From Myxococcota bacterium (GTDB lineage Bacteria > Myxococcota_A > Polyangia > Polyangiales > Sandaracinaceae): DNA of 64,000 nt. Position 1 is the first letter of the stretch. Every line of letters begins with the position of its first letter. Below, piece by piece: positions 39,142 to 48,901 of the stretch. The translations under genes and the position numbers were made by a program. The stretch covers positions 38,436-102,435 of the forward strand of contig JAYZQJ010000009.1 of NCBI GenBank assembly GCA_036149055.1. The letters run 5' to 3'. The notes below the pieces were generated by a model, which was not told where the DNA came from, searched no databases, and saw only the letters and a program-made list of their open reading frames with translations.

Positions 39142-40211
39142 GGCGCGTCGCCCTGATCGCGGCGCTGCTGGTGGGCTGCGGGGGAGGGCCGAGGCCGAGC
39201 CAGCCCCTGCGCACCCGGCTCGCCGCCGACGAGAGCGCGGCCGCGCGCGAGCGGGCGCCGGAGCTCGCCGCGCAGGTGGAGGCGGCGCTCGACGACGCGG
39301 ACGCGGCCGCGGCGGCCGGATCGCCCGAGGCGGCGGACGATCACCTGACCCGGGCCCGGCTGCTCCTGGAGGCGGCGCAGGCCGAGGCGGCGCGGATCGA
39401 CGACGAGCGGGCGCGCCGGGCGGTGGAGGAGGAGGTCGCTCGGATCCGGGACCGCGCGCGGCGGGACGAGCGAGCCCGGGCCGCGCTCGAGGCGGAGTCC
39501 GCGCGGCTGGCCGCGAGCCGGTCGGCGCGGGAGGAGCAGCTCGCGGCCCTGCGCATGGCCGAGGAGGACGAGGCCCGCGGCGGTCGGCGCGCGCGGGTGT
39601 CGATGGAGGAGACCGCCGATCTCCGCCGGGCCGCGGCCGCGTTGCGGGAGCGCGCGCGGCTGATGCTGGGCGCGGCGATCGCGCTCGGGGCGACCGAAGA
39701 GGAGACGGCCGAGGCGACGGCGGCGATCGCGGCGTCGGAGGAGGCGCGGACCGACGCCCTGGTGGCGCTCCGGGAGGCCGATCGGGCCGGACACCTCGCG
39801 CTGGAGGCGCTGGGCGCGGCGCGATCGCGGACGGAGGGGCCGCCGGAGGGCGCGGGGCGCTCGCTGGTCGAGGCGGCGACGGCCGAGGGGTTCACGCCGG
39901 TGGCGCTGCCCGAGGGCGCGGCGGTCGAGGTGGACGGGCTGTTCGCCGGGGCTGGCGTCGTGCGGGGGCGGGTCGAGCGGGTGGCGGCGTTCATGCGGGC
40001 GCACCCGCACGGGCCGGTGCAGGTCCAGGCGCAGGTGACGCAGGCCGGGGCGGCGGGGGAGCGGCTGGCGGCGCGGCGCGCGGAGGCGCTCCGGCGGGCG
40101 CTCGTCGGCGCGGGGGTCTCGGCGGAGCGGCTGACGGCGGCGGCGATCCCGACCGCGCTCCGGGGAGACGAGCCCCGCGAGGTCGCGCGGCTGGTGTTCG
40201 TGGCGTATTGA
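39138..40211 (+). CDS. Coiled-coil lipoprotein with degenerate OmpA-like C-terminus
   Basis: LVGC lipobox; LAARRAEALRRALVGAGVSAERL. Confidence 0.7.
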   Translation: MRRVALIAALLVGCGGGPRPSQPLRTRLAADESAAARERAPELAAQVEAALDDADAAAAAGSPEAADDHLTRARLLLEAAQAEAARIDDERARRAVEEEVARIRDRARRDERARAALEAESARLAASRSAREEQLAALRMAEEDEARGGRRARVSMEETADLRRAAAALRERARLMLGAAIALGATEEETAEATAAIAASEEARTDALVALREADRAGHLALEALGAARSRTEGPPEGAGRSLVEAATAEGFTPVALPEGAAVEVDGLFAGAGVVRGRVERVAAFMRAHPHGPVQVQAQVTQAGAAGERLAARRAEALRRALVGAGVSAERLTAAAIPTALRGDEPREVARLVFVAY

Positions 40212-40252
40212 GCGTTCAGCTCATGCTGACGCCGCGTGTGCGACTTCGTCGG

Positions 40253-40286
40253 ACGTAGGTTCCCAAGTTAACTCCGTCCCCCCCTC
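40253..40286 (-). repeat. Dispersed repeat, divergent copy
   Basis: Minus strand GGGGGGGACGGAGTTAACTTGGGAACCTACGT. Confidence 0.65.
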
Positions 40287-40287
40287 C

Positions 40288-41967
40288 CTATTCGAGGCGG
40301 GCGCAGCGCTCGGCGCCTCGCTCGTGGGCGGTGGTGAGGACGCCTTCGATGACGGCGTTGTAGGCGTCGCGGGAGCACATGGAGCTGGGCATGGTGCGGA
40401 CGCCGCGCTGGGCGAGGCCCTGGCCGAGCTCGACGAGGCGGCGGGCGGGCGGGATGCCGCGGCCCGACGGGGTGGTGCAGGCGGCGGCGACGCCCATGCC
40501 CATCCCGCTCGGGCGCGGGGTCATGCGGGAGTCCGCGAGGATGCCGCTCCAGTCGGGCGCCTCGGGGCGGACGCCGGGCGACGGCGGCTCGGGCAGGAGG
40601 TCCTCGGGCACGCCGCTCACGAAGGCGTAGATCAGGTCGTCGGCGCTCCGCAGCGAGAGGAGGCCGCTGACGTAGCGGTTGATCGGGTGCAGGGCCTCGG
40701 GGTGCTGCACGCAGCGGCTGTCGAGGGCGCTGGGGTAGACGCTCGAGGCGGGGTTGTAGAGCTCCGGGTCCGCCGCCGAGCAGTCGTCCTCGTCGGTGAC
40801 GTGCAGGATGACGAGCAGGGAGTCCTCGCGGAGGAAGCCGGCGTTGAGCCCGTCGCCGTGGCCGAGCGTGTCGCCGAAGAAGCGCAGGTGCGATCCGGCC
40901 GGCGTGACCGCCTTCAGGCTCGCCTCGAGCTGCTGCTCGAAGCTGCAGCCACCGGTCCCCGCCTCGACGAGGCAGGCCGCGTCGTCGATGAAGCCGTCGA
41001 TGGAGGGCAGGTCGGTGGCCGGCACGAAGCTCAGGAACTGCGGGAACGAGCGCTCGCTGCACGCCACGTCGTCGGCGCCGGAGAAGGTCCGCAGGACGCC
41101 GTCTTCCCCGAAGACCGGCTCGGTGCAGCTCGGGGCGGAGAAGCCGCCGGAGCCGAGGTCGGGGGTGATGACGCCGACGTTCAGGTCCTCGATCGGCTCG
41201 CGATCGGCGACGCCGTCCTCGTCGAGGTCGCCGGTGGCCAGGGCCCGCACCAGCCGCGGCAGCTGCATGACCAGGGTCTGCTGCTCGCCGCGCATCGAGT
41301 TGCTGGTGTCCATGACGAGGAGGAGGTCGACGGCCGCGCAGGCGCCGCACGCGTTCTGCCGCGAGGGGTCGAGGTCGTCGCAGTCGCCCTGGACGTCGGT
41401 CCACGCGCCGTCGAAGCCGCTCTCGCCGCAGATCGGCAGCTCCTCCGGGGTGTCGCAGTCGAAGAAGACGAGCGCGTCGTCGTCGCCCACGCCGTCCATG
41501 TCGCAGTCGGGGTAGAAGCCGAGGTCCTCGAGGCCCTCGTCCGCCTCGAAGTCGCAGTCATCGTCGCGCCCGTTGCAGGTCTCGGGCATGCCCGGCGCGA
41601 CCTCGGCGGTGGTGTCGTCGCAGTCGTCGCCCTCGCGCACGGTGAGCCCGTCGGCGCTGATGTTGAAGCAGGCCGCGTCCGCGCGGCCGTCGCCGTCGGC
41701 GTCCGGCCCGACGGTCATCGGGTTGCAGTCCTCGTCGACGCCGTCGTCCGCCTCGAGCACGCAGGTCTCGGTGGCCTCGGGGTGCACGTTCGGGTCCTCG
41801 TCGTCGCAGTCGCGGCCGCCGCAGGCGACGGAGAGGAAGCCGTCCATGTCGGCGTCCTCGGCGGTGCACTCCGCCGGCGGATCGGACTCGAAGAGCGAGG
41901 AGCAGCCGGAGAGCAGGAGCAGCAGGGACAGCGCCAACAGGGACAGGGCAACGGGTCTCGGGTTCAC
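40288..41967 (-). CDS. Lipoprotein with DCDD/E-C-G-DDDC (MopE-like) metal-binding repeats and a vWA domain
   Basis: LSGC lipobox; DCDDEDPNVHPEATETC; ETCNGRDDDCD; VDLLLVMDTSNSM; FLREDSLLVILHVTDEDDCS. Confidence 0.85.
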   Translation of the reverse strand: MNPRPVALSLLALSLLLLLSGCSSLFESDPPAECTAEDADMDGFLSVACGGRDCDDEDPNVHPEATETCVLEADDGVDEDCNPMTVGPDADGDGRADAACFNISADGLTVREGDDCDDTTAEVAPGMPETCNGRDDDCDFEADEGLEDLGFYPDCDMDGVGDDDALVFFDCDTPEELPICGESGFDGAWTDVQGDCDDLDPSRQNACGACAAVDLLLVMDTSNSMRGEQQTLVMQLPRLVRALATGDLDEDGVADREPIEDLNVGVITPDLGSGGFSAPSCTEPVFGEDGVLRTFSGADDVACSERSFPQFLSFVPATDLPSIDGFIDDAACLVEAGTGGCSFEQQLEASLKAVTPAGSHLRFFGDTLGHGDGLNAGFLREDSLLVILHVTDEDDCSAADPELYNPASSVYPSALDSRCVQHPEALHPINRYVSGLLSLRSADDLIYAFVSGVPEDLLPEPPSPGVRPEAPDWSGILADSRMTPRPSGMGMGVAAACTTPSGRGIPPARRLVELGQGLAQRGVRTMPSSMCSRDAYNAVIEGVLTTAHERGAERCARLE

Positions 41968-43235
41968 TGGGCCTCCCGGCGGCTGAAGGTGGCGCGGCTC
42001 GGGCGGCTGCCGCTCTCGGTCGTGGTCAGCGCGAGCACGATGGTGGTGATCGCGGCGACCCCCGCGGTGAGCCAGAGCACGTCCGCGGCGAGGTTGAGGT
42101 TCGTGCTCTCGTCGGCGAGCCCGAGGATCGGCTGGCCCATCATGCGCGCGCTGTCGAAGCGGGCGTGCGCGTCGGCGGCGAAGCCGGTGGTGATGCCGGC
42201 GGCGGCCGCGATCGCGAGGGTCACGCCGCCGACCACCCAGGTCGCGGGCGAGATCTGGAAGCTCGTCGCCGGCTCCAGCTCGAGCGTGACCCAGATCTGG
42301 TCGTCCTCGTTCACCTCGACCTCGCCGACGTAGGGGCTCATCCCCTCGGCGGTGACCCGCAGCTCGTGCGCGCCGATCGGCACGCCGGGCAGGACCTGGG
42401 GCGTGAAGCCGCTGTCGCGGCCGTCGAGGCTGACGAGCGCGCCGGTCACGTTCGCGGTCACCGTGACCTCGCCGGTCGGCCCGCTGAGGGTCGCGGTCGC
42501 CTCGGTGGTGGTGTCGGCCCGGACCACGACCGGCTCGCTCCAGCGCTCGTCGCCCGCGGTCGCCACCACCCGGTAGGTGCCGGGCGGCACCGGCTGGTCG
42601 AGCGGGGTCTGCCCCTCGTGCACCACCCGGCCGTCGGGGTCGAACACGCGCACGTCGGCGCGGGTGGCCGCGTTCACCACCAGCCGGCCGAGGATCTGCT
42701 CGGGGGACAGCTCCACCCGCTGCTCGGCGCCGAGCTCCACGTCGATGGTCGTCTCCGCCATCCGGTAGCCCTCGCCTTCGATCCAGATGCGGTGCTCGCC
42801 GGCGGAGAGCGCGAGCACCCGCGGGGTCACGCCGTACTGCCCGAGCTCGCGGCGATCGACGTAGACCTCGAGGCCGGGCGGGGTGCTCCGCACGTCCACC
42901 AGCGCGACCCGCGGCCGGAGCTGGGTGAGCGCCTGCTCGGCGGTGCGGCGCCGCTCGGGGTCCGGGTCGTCCGACGCGAGGTACTCGGCGAAGTACATGT
43001 AGGCGTCGGCGTGGCGGCGGAGCTGCTGGAAGCAGAGCCCGATGTTGAAGACGATGTTCGGGTTCGGCGCGAGGCGCTGCTCGATCATGAACTCGCGCGC
43101 CGCGTCCTCGAAGCGGCGGGCCGCGTAGTGGCGACGGGCGAGCTCGTCGTGGAAGCGGGCCTCCGCCGCCGCGTCCGCCGAGGCGACCGAGGGGAGGGCG
43201 AAGGCGAGGGTGAGGGAGAGCCAGAGCGCGCGCAT
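41964..43235 (-). CDS. TPR plus PEGA-domain protein
   Basis: Signal peptide; PNIVFNIGLCFQQL; VRSTPPGLEVYVD..GVTP; several PEGA-like units; C-terminal TM pair. Confidence 0.85.
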   Translation of the reverse strand: MRALWLSLTLAFALPSVASADAAAEARFHDELARRHYAARRFEDAAREFMIEQRLAPNPNIVFNIGLCFQQLRRHADAYMYFAEYLASDDPDPERRRTAEQALTQLRPRVALVDVRSTPPGLEVYVDRRELGQYGVTPRVLALSAGEHRIWIEGEGYRMAETTIDVELGAEQRVELSPEQILGRLVVNAATRADVRVFDPDGRVVHEGQTPLDQPVPPGTYRVVATAGDERWSEPVVVRADTTTEATATLSGPTGEVTVTANVTGALVSLDGRDSGFTPQVLPGVPIGAHELRVTAEGMSPYVGEVEVNEDDQIWVTLELEPATSFQISPATWVVGGVTLAIAAAAGITTGFAADAHARFDSARMMGQPILGLADESTNLNLAADVLWLTAGVAAITTIVLALTTTESGSRPSRATFSRREAQ

Positions 43236-43241
43236 GGAACC

Positions 43242-44735
<1,494 letters not shown>

Positions 44736-44748
44736 TGCGAAAGGGAAG

Positions 44749-45273
44749 CTAGCAGAATTCCCCGGGATTGAGGCGCGCCGGCCGGTCGAGGCGCAGGTAG
44801 ACGCTGTCGACCCACTCCCCGGCGATCTCGAAGGTCCGCTCGGCCCGCCCGGTCTCCTCGAACCCGAGCCGCGCCAGGAGCCGCAGGCTCGCCTCGTTGC
44901 GGGGATCGACGTCGGCGACGAGCGCCTCGACGTCGTGGGTCGCGAAGACGTGGTCGATCACCGCCGCGAGGGCCTCGGTGGCGAGACCGCGACCCCAGTG
45001 GTCGGGATGCAGGATGTAGCCGACCTCGGGAATGCGATAGCAACCTGCCTTGCCGATGACCCGTCCGTCGAGCTCGACGATGAAGTCCGCGCTGCGCTCG
45101 CTGGTCGCCTCGATCATCGATCGGAGCCAGGCGCGCGTCTCCTCGACGTCGGTGTGGGTGGGGCGGGACCAGTACCGCATCGCGCGCGGGTCGATGAAGA
45201 TGCGATGCAGCGCGTCGAGGTCGTCCCACCGCGCCGGGCGCAGCGTCAGCCGCTCGGTGACCAGCGTCGGCAT
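44749..45273 (-). CDS. GNAT N-acetyltransferase (RimJ/RimL family)
   Basis: TERLTLRP; EVGYILHPDHWGRGLATEA; NEASLRLLARLGF. Confidence 0.92.
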   Translation of the reverse strand: MPTLVTERLTLRPARWDDLDALHRIFIDPRAMRYWSRPTHTDVEETRAWLRSMIEATSERSADFIVELDGRVIGKAGCYRIPEVGYILHPDHWGRGLATEALAAVIDHVFATHDVEALVADVDPRNEASLRLLARLGFEETGRAERTFEIAGEWVDSVYLRLDRPARLNPGEFC

Positions 45274-45407
45274 GGCCCGAATCTACCGCCCTGAGGGGAC
45301 AATCCCCACCTGACATGGATGTCGCGTGAGGCTCTCCCTACGGGGTCGACCCTCGGGTGTTGGGTGTTCCACCACAGATCGTGGGGATCCCACCCGGGAT
45401 GGGCCCG

Positions 45408-45423
45408 TGGCACGGGCGCTGCT
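45408..45423 (+). promoter_or_regulatory. sigma-54 promoter
   Basis: TGGCACG-GGCG-CTGCT, then GGAGG RBS and ATG at 45449. Confidence 0.7.
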
Positions 45424-45448
45424 GCATGGAGAGACCGGAGGTTGCTTC

Positions 45449-46870
45449 ATGCGACATGCTTACTTGTTGACGATTTTCATCTGCCTCGCGCTCGCCGGCT
45501 GCGCCGACCCCATGGGCGGCGGCTGCGACGAGGACCCCAGCGCGGCCGAGTGCCAGGGCACCTCGACCGCGAACGGCCGGGTGACCGACGCGGACGGCGC
45601 GCAGACCCGATCCTTCGGCGGTGAAGGCACGGCGTCGGCGGCCACCCAGGTGCAGGCCAGCGCGATCGCCTCGGACGGCTCGCTCGAGCTGCTCGCCGAG
45701 GCCGAGGTCCAGGCGGACGGCAGCTACGCGATCGAGGTCCCGTCCTCGCGCGACCGGCTCTTCCTCGCGGCGGTCGACGGCAGCGGCGAGGTGCTCGCGT
45801 CCGCGATCCTCGAGCGCTCGGCGCCCCCCGGCGAGTCGACCGACGTCACCCCGATGGACTCCGAGAGCTCGCTCGAGGCCGAGGTGCTCGTGCAGATGAT
45901 CGCCGAGGGCACGGCGCCCGCGGAGGCGAACTACGCGGACCTTCGCGCCCGCATCACCACCGAGATGGCGATCGCGGTCCGCGTCGCGGAGGCGCGCGGC
46001 GAGGACACGTCGGCGGCGGTCCGCGCGATGGCCGAGGCGACGATCGCCGCGCAGCGCGCCGAGATCGAGGCCTACGCCCGCATGGGCATCACCGTGACCC
46101 AGGCCGAGCTCTACCAGGCCGAGCTGTCGGCCTCGCAGTCGCTCTCGGCCGCGCTCCACGCGGGGGCCGACGGAGAGTCCGCCTACGCCGACTTCCTGGC
46201 GATGATCGAGGCGGCCGCCGAGGCCGAGGGCGCCGACGAGGAGGGCCGCGCGCGCTCCGAGGGCTGCGCCAGCCTCGCCTTCCGCGCGACGATCGAGGCG
46301 CGCCTCTCCGCCGAGGCGGACGGCGCGATCGCCGAGGCCGCGCTCCTGTCGGCCGCGTCCCTCGAGGCGCGCGCCCAGGCCGAGGCCACCCGGGCCATCC
46401 TCGAGGCCGGCGCGGCCGGCGGCGAGGTCATGGAGATGGGCACCGACGCGGCGGCGGAGCTCCGCGCCGAGGTGCGCGGCTCGGCGGACGCGGCGGCGGC
46501 GGCGAGCGCCTACGCGGCCTTCGCGGCCAGCGTCCGCGGCGAGGCCGACGTGAGCGGCTCGGTGCTCGGCACCTTCGTCGGCGTCGACCTCACCACCGAG
46601 GCCGCGGTCGAGGCCGCGGTGACCGCGAGCGCGGAGGCGGCGGCCAGCCTCGACGCCTCCCTCCAGGCGGCGATCGACGCCTCGCTCTCGGCCAGCGGCG
46701 CGATCGACCCCGAGGCGCTCGCGGCCGACATCGTCGCGGCCTACTCGGTCTACTTCGACGCGGTGGAGGCCGGCACGACCGCCCTCGCGGCGGCCAGCGG
46801 CGAGACCAACGCCAGCGTCGCCGCCTCGCTCCTCATCGTCGCGGACGGAAGCTTCCGTCTCGCCGAATAG
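45449..46870 (+). CDS. Ala/Glu-rich hypothetical lipoprotein
   Basis: LAGC lipobox; GGAGG RBS. Confidence 0.8.
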   Translation: MRHAYLLTIFICLALAGCADPMGGGCDEDPSAAECQGTSTANGRVTDADGAQTRSFGGEGTASAATQVQASAIASDGSLELLAEAEVQADGSYAIEVPSSRDRLFLAAVDGSGEVLASAILERSAPPGESTDVTPMDSESSLEAEVLVQMIAEGTAPAEANYADLRARITTEMAIAVRVAEARGEDTSAAVRAMAEATIAAQRAEIEAYARMGITVTQAELYQAELSASQSLSAALHAGADGESAYADFLAMIEAAAEAEGADEEGRARSEGCASLAFRATIEARLSAEADGAIAEAALLSAASLEARAQAEATRAILEAGAAGGEVMEMGTDAAAELRAEVRGSADAAAAASAYAAFAASVRGEADVSGSVLGTFVGVDLTTEAAVEAAVTASAEAAASLDASLQAAIDASLSASGAIDPEALAADIVAAYSVYFDAVEAGTTALAAASGETNASVAASLLIVADGSFRLAE

Positions 46871-46908
46871 CTTCGCCTGGTTCCCACAACCCAACTCCCG
46901 CACCCACA

Positions 46909-46938
46909 GACCCCGCCTCCTCGCCCGGAGGCGGGGTC
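46909..46938 (+). terminator. GC-rich hairpin terminator
   Basis: GACCCCGCCTCC-TCGCCC-GGAGGCGGGGTC. Confidence 0.65.
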
Positions 46939-46954
46939 GCCTAATTCGGGAGGA

Positions 46955-47054
46955 GGGGACGGAGTGAACTTGTGAACTCATGTGATCAAAGCTCCTACAA
47001 CACGCCTTGTGTAGGTGGATGGACTACGCAAGTTCACAAGTTCACTCCGTCCCC
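46955..47054. mobile_element. 100-bp MITE/REPIN-like element with perfect 24-bp terminal inverted repeats
   Basis: GGGGACGGAGTGAACTTGTGAACT (46955-46978) ... AGTTCACAAGTTCACTCCGTCCCC (47031-47054). Confidence 0.7.
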
Positions 47055-48290
47055 CTCGGCGTGGCGCCAGGAGAGGGCGAGGGAGGCGGCGAGGGTGAGG
47101 AAGCCGGCGGTGATGGCGACGGCGCCCCAGGCGAGCGGGGTGCGGGGGGTGAGGCCTTCGGCGAGGATGGCGTGGGCGCCGACGAGGGCGAGGGGCCAGG
47201 GGGCCCAGAGGCGGCGGGTGCGCCAGGCGAGGGCGCCCAGGGAGAGGGCGAGCGCGGCGAGCGCGATGAGGGTCGCGGGCCCGCCCGGGAGGCCTGCGGT
47301 CAGCTGGAGGGCCGCCAGGTAGAGGGACGCGAGGGCGCCGCCGAGGAGGCGCGCCTGCGCGCTGGGGCCGGCCAGGGCGTGGACGAGGTGCGGGGGGCGC
47401 GGCGGGATCGCGTCGCGGTAGGGCTCCTCGCGCGGCGGGGCGGCGGCGACGTGGGTCGGGCTCCTCAGCGCGCGCGCGACCAGGGTCGCGGCCACCATGA
47501 GCGCGGCCGCCCAGAGGTGCTCCCGGTCGAAGAGCGCCATCTCCGCGAGCACGCCGACCGAGACGAGCCACACCGTGCGCTCCCGCTGCGCGATCCGCGT
47601 GCCGACCAGCGCGAGGGCCGCGAGGACGAGGCCGATCCCGAGGCGGTGGTCGCGCAGGCCGTAGAGCACGTGGCCCAGGGTGAGCGCGCCCCAGGTGAGC
47701 CAGACGCCGACGAGGGCTCGCTTCGCCCGGACGTCGGTCGCCCCCCGGACCTGGCGCCGCGTGAGGAGCGCCGCGCCGAAGAGGAGGAAGACGAAGAGTC
47801 CCGCGAGCACCTCGCCATCCAGCGGCGTCCGCAGCAGGTGCGGGAGCGCCGCGAGGCCGGCGGCGCCGACGAGGGGGATCGCGAGGGCGCTCCGCGAGAG
47901 ACGCAGCCGGAGCGCCGCGGTGAGCAGCACGAGCTTCATGCCGAAGAGCCCGAGCCACGCGACGCTCGCGCCTCGACCGGCCCAGCCGAGGTAGCTGGAG
48001 GTCTCGAGGTGCATCGTCAGGTCCGCTTGATACAGCGCGGCGAGGATCCCGAGCATGCCGGCGGCGCGCTGCATGCGCAGGCGCATCAGGAACCACGCCC
48101 CGCCGATCAGCGCGAACGCGTAGATCTCCGCCAGCGCCGCGACCCCCAGATGACCGAGGAGCGACGCGTGCTGCGCCGCCTCCCGGGACAGGATCCAGAT
48201 CCCCCCGAGGATGAGCGCGGCGCTGAGCAGCGCGAGCGGGTTGTACTCCACGAACCAGCGGCGCAGGAGCCGCGACGTCTCGTCTCGCAT
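47034..48290 (-). CDS. Multi-pass membrane protein of unknown function
   Basis: FVEYNPLALLSAALILGG; many TM segments; sigma-54 promoter upstream. Confidence 0.8.
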   Translation of the reverse strand: MRDETSRLLRRWFVEYNPLALLSAALILGGIWILSREAAQHASLLGHLGVAALAEIYAFALIGGAWFLMRLRMQRAAGMLGILAALYQADLTMHLETSSYLGWAGRGASVAWLGLFGMKLVLLTAALRLRLSRSALAIPLVGAAGLAALPHLLRTPLDGEVLAGLFVFLLFGAALLTRRQVRGATDVRAKRALVGVWLTWGALTLGHVLYGLRDHRLGIGLVLAALALVGTRIAQRERTVWLVSVGVLAEMALFDREHLWAAALMVAATLVARALRSPTHVAAAPPREEPYRDAIPPRPPHLVHALAGPSAQARLLGGALASLYLAALQLTAGLPGGPATLIALAALALSLGALAWRTRRLWAPWPLALVGAHAILAEGLTPRTPLAWGAVAITAGFLTLAASLALSWRHAEGDGVNL

Positions 48291-48303
48291 GCCGCGCGTT
48301 CAT

Positions 48304-48319
48304 GGCAAGCGCGATGCCA
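48304..48319 (-). promoter_or_regulatory. sigma-54 promoter
   Basis: Minus strand TGGCATC-GCGC-TTGCC. Confidence 0.7.
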
Positions 48320-48412
48320 GGCGGCGCGGACGGCGGCGCGGAGGCGCGGCAGTCCGCGGCGCGTCAGACTGTCGAGCGCAGGACGCGAGCGCCGACAAGC
48401 TGGCGAACGGTG

Positions 48413-48877
48413 TCACTCCCGAAGCGTGCCGATGAGCCCGCACTCGCCCTCGCGGCAGGGGACGAACCACCAGACGCGGACCGTCATGCGCGCCGGCGCG
48501 CCTCGAGGCAGGCGCAGGCCCCGGAGGGCCCTCGCCGCGCATCGGTACCATGGGCGGACGCGCGCGGCAGGCACCGGCCGACGCTCTCGCGTCGCGAGGT
48601 CCCAGTCTTCGGTGGGCACCTCGGGCACGACGACCGTGGTGGTGCCGTCCTCGCGCACCTGCACCTCCAGGTCGATGCTGTCGTGGGGGCGCGCTCGTCG
48701 GGCCGCGCCGGCGCACCTCCGGAGGGCGCGCTCGACGGGCGGACGCGTGAGCGCGTTGGCCGTCGCGAAGTCGGGGCGCTCGCCGGCGTGCACGACGAGC
48801 GCCCGCACGTGAGGCCGCTCCTGGGCCCCGGCCGGCGCCGCGACCAGGGCGAGGGCGAAGGCGAGGAGGCGGAGCAC
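48413..48877 (-). CDS. Secreted hypothetical protein
   Basis: Signal peptide; RRC...RCAARALRGLRLP; TAGCAT 5 nt before GTG. Confidence 0.65.
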   Translation of the reverse strand: MLRLLAFALALVAAPAGAQERPHVRALVVHAGERPDFATANALTRPPVERALRRCAGAARRARPHDSIDLEVQVREDGTTTVVVPEVPTEDWDLATRERRPVPAARVRPWYRCAARALRGLRLPRGAPARMTVRVWWFVPCREGECGLIGTLRE

Positions 48878-48901
48878 GCGGAATGCTACGCGCGCTTCGC
48901 C

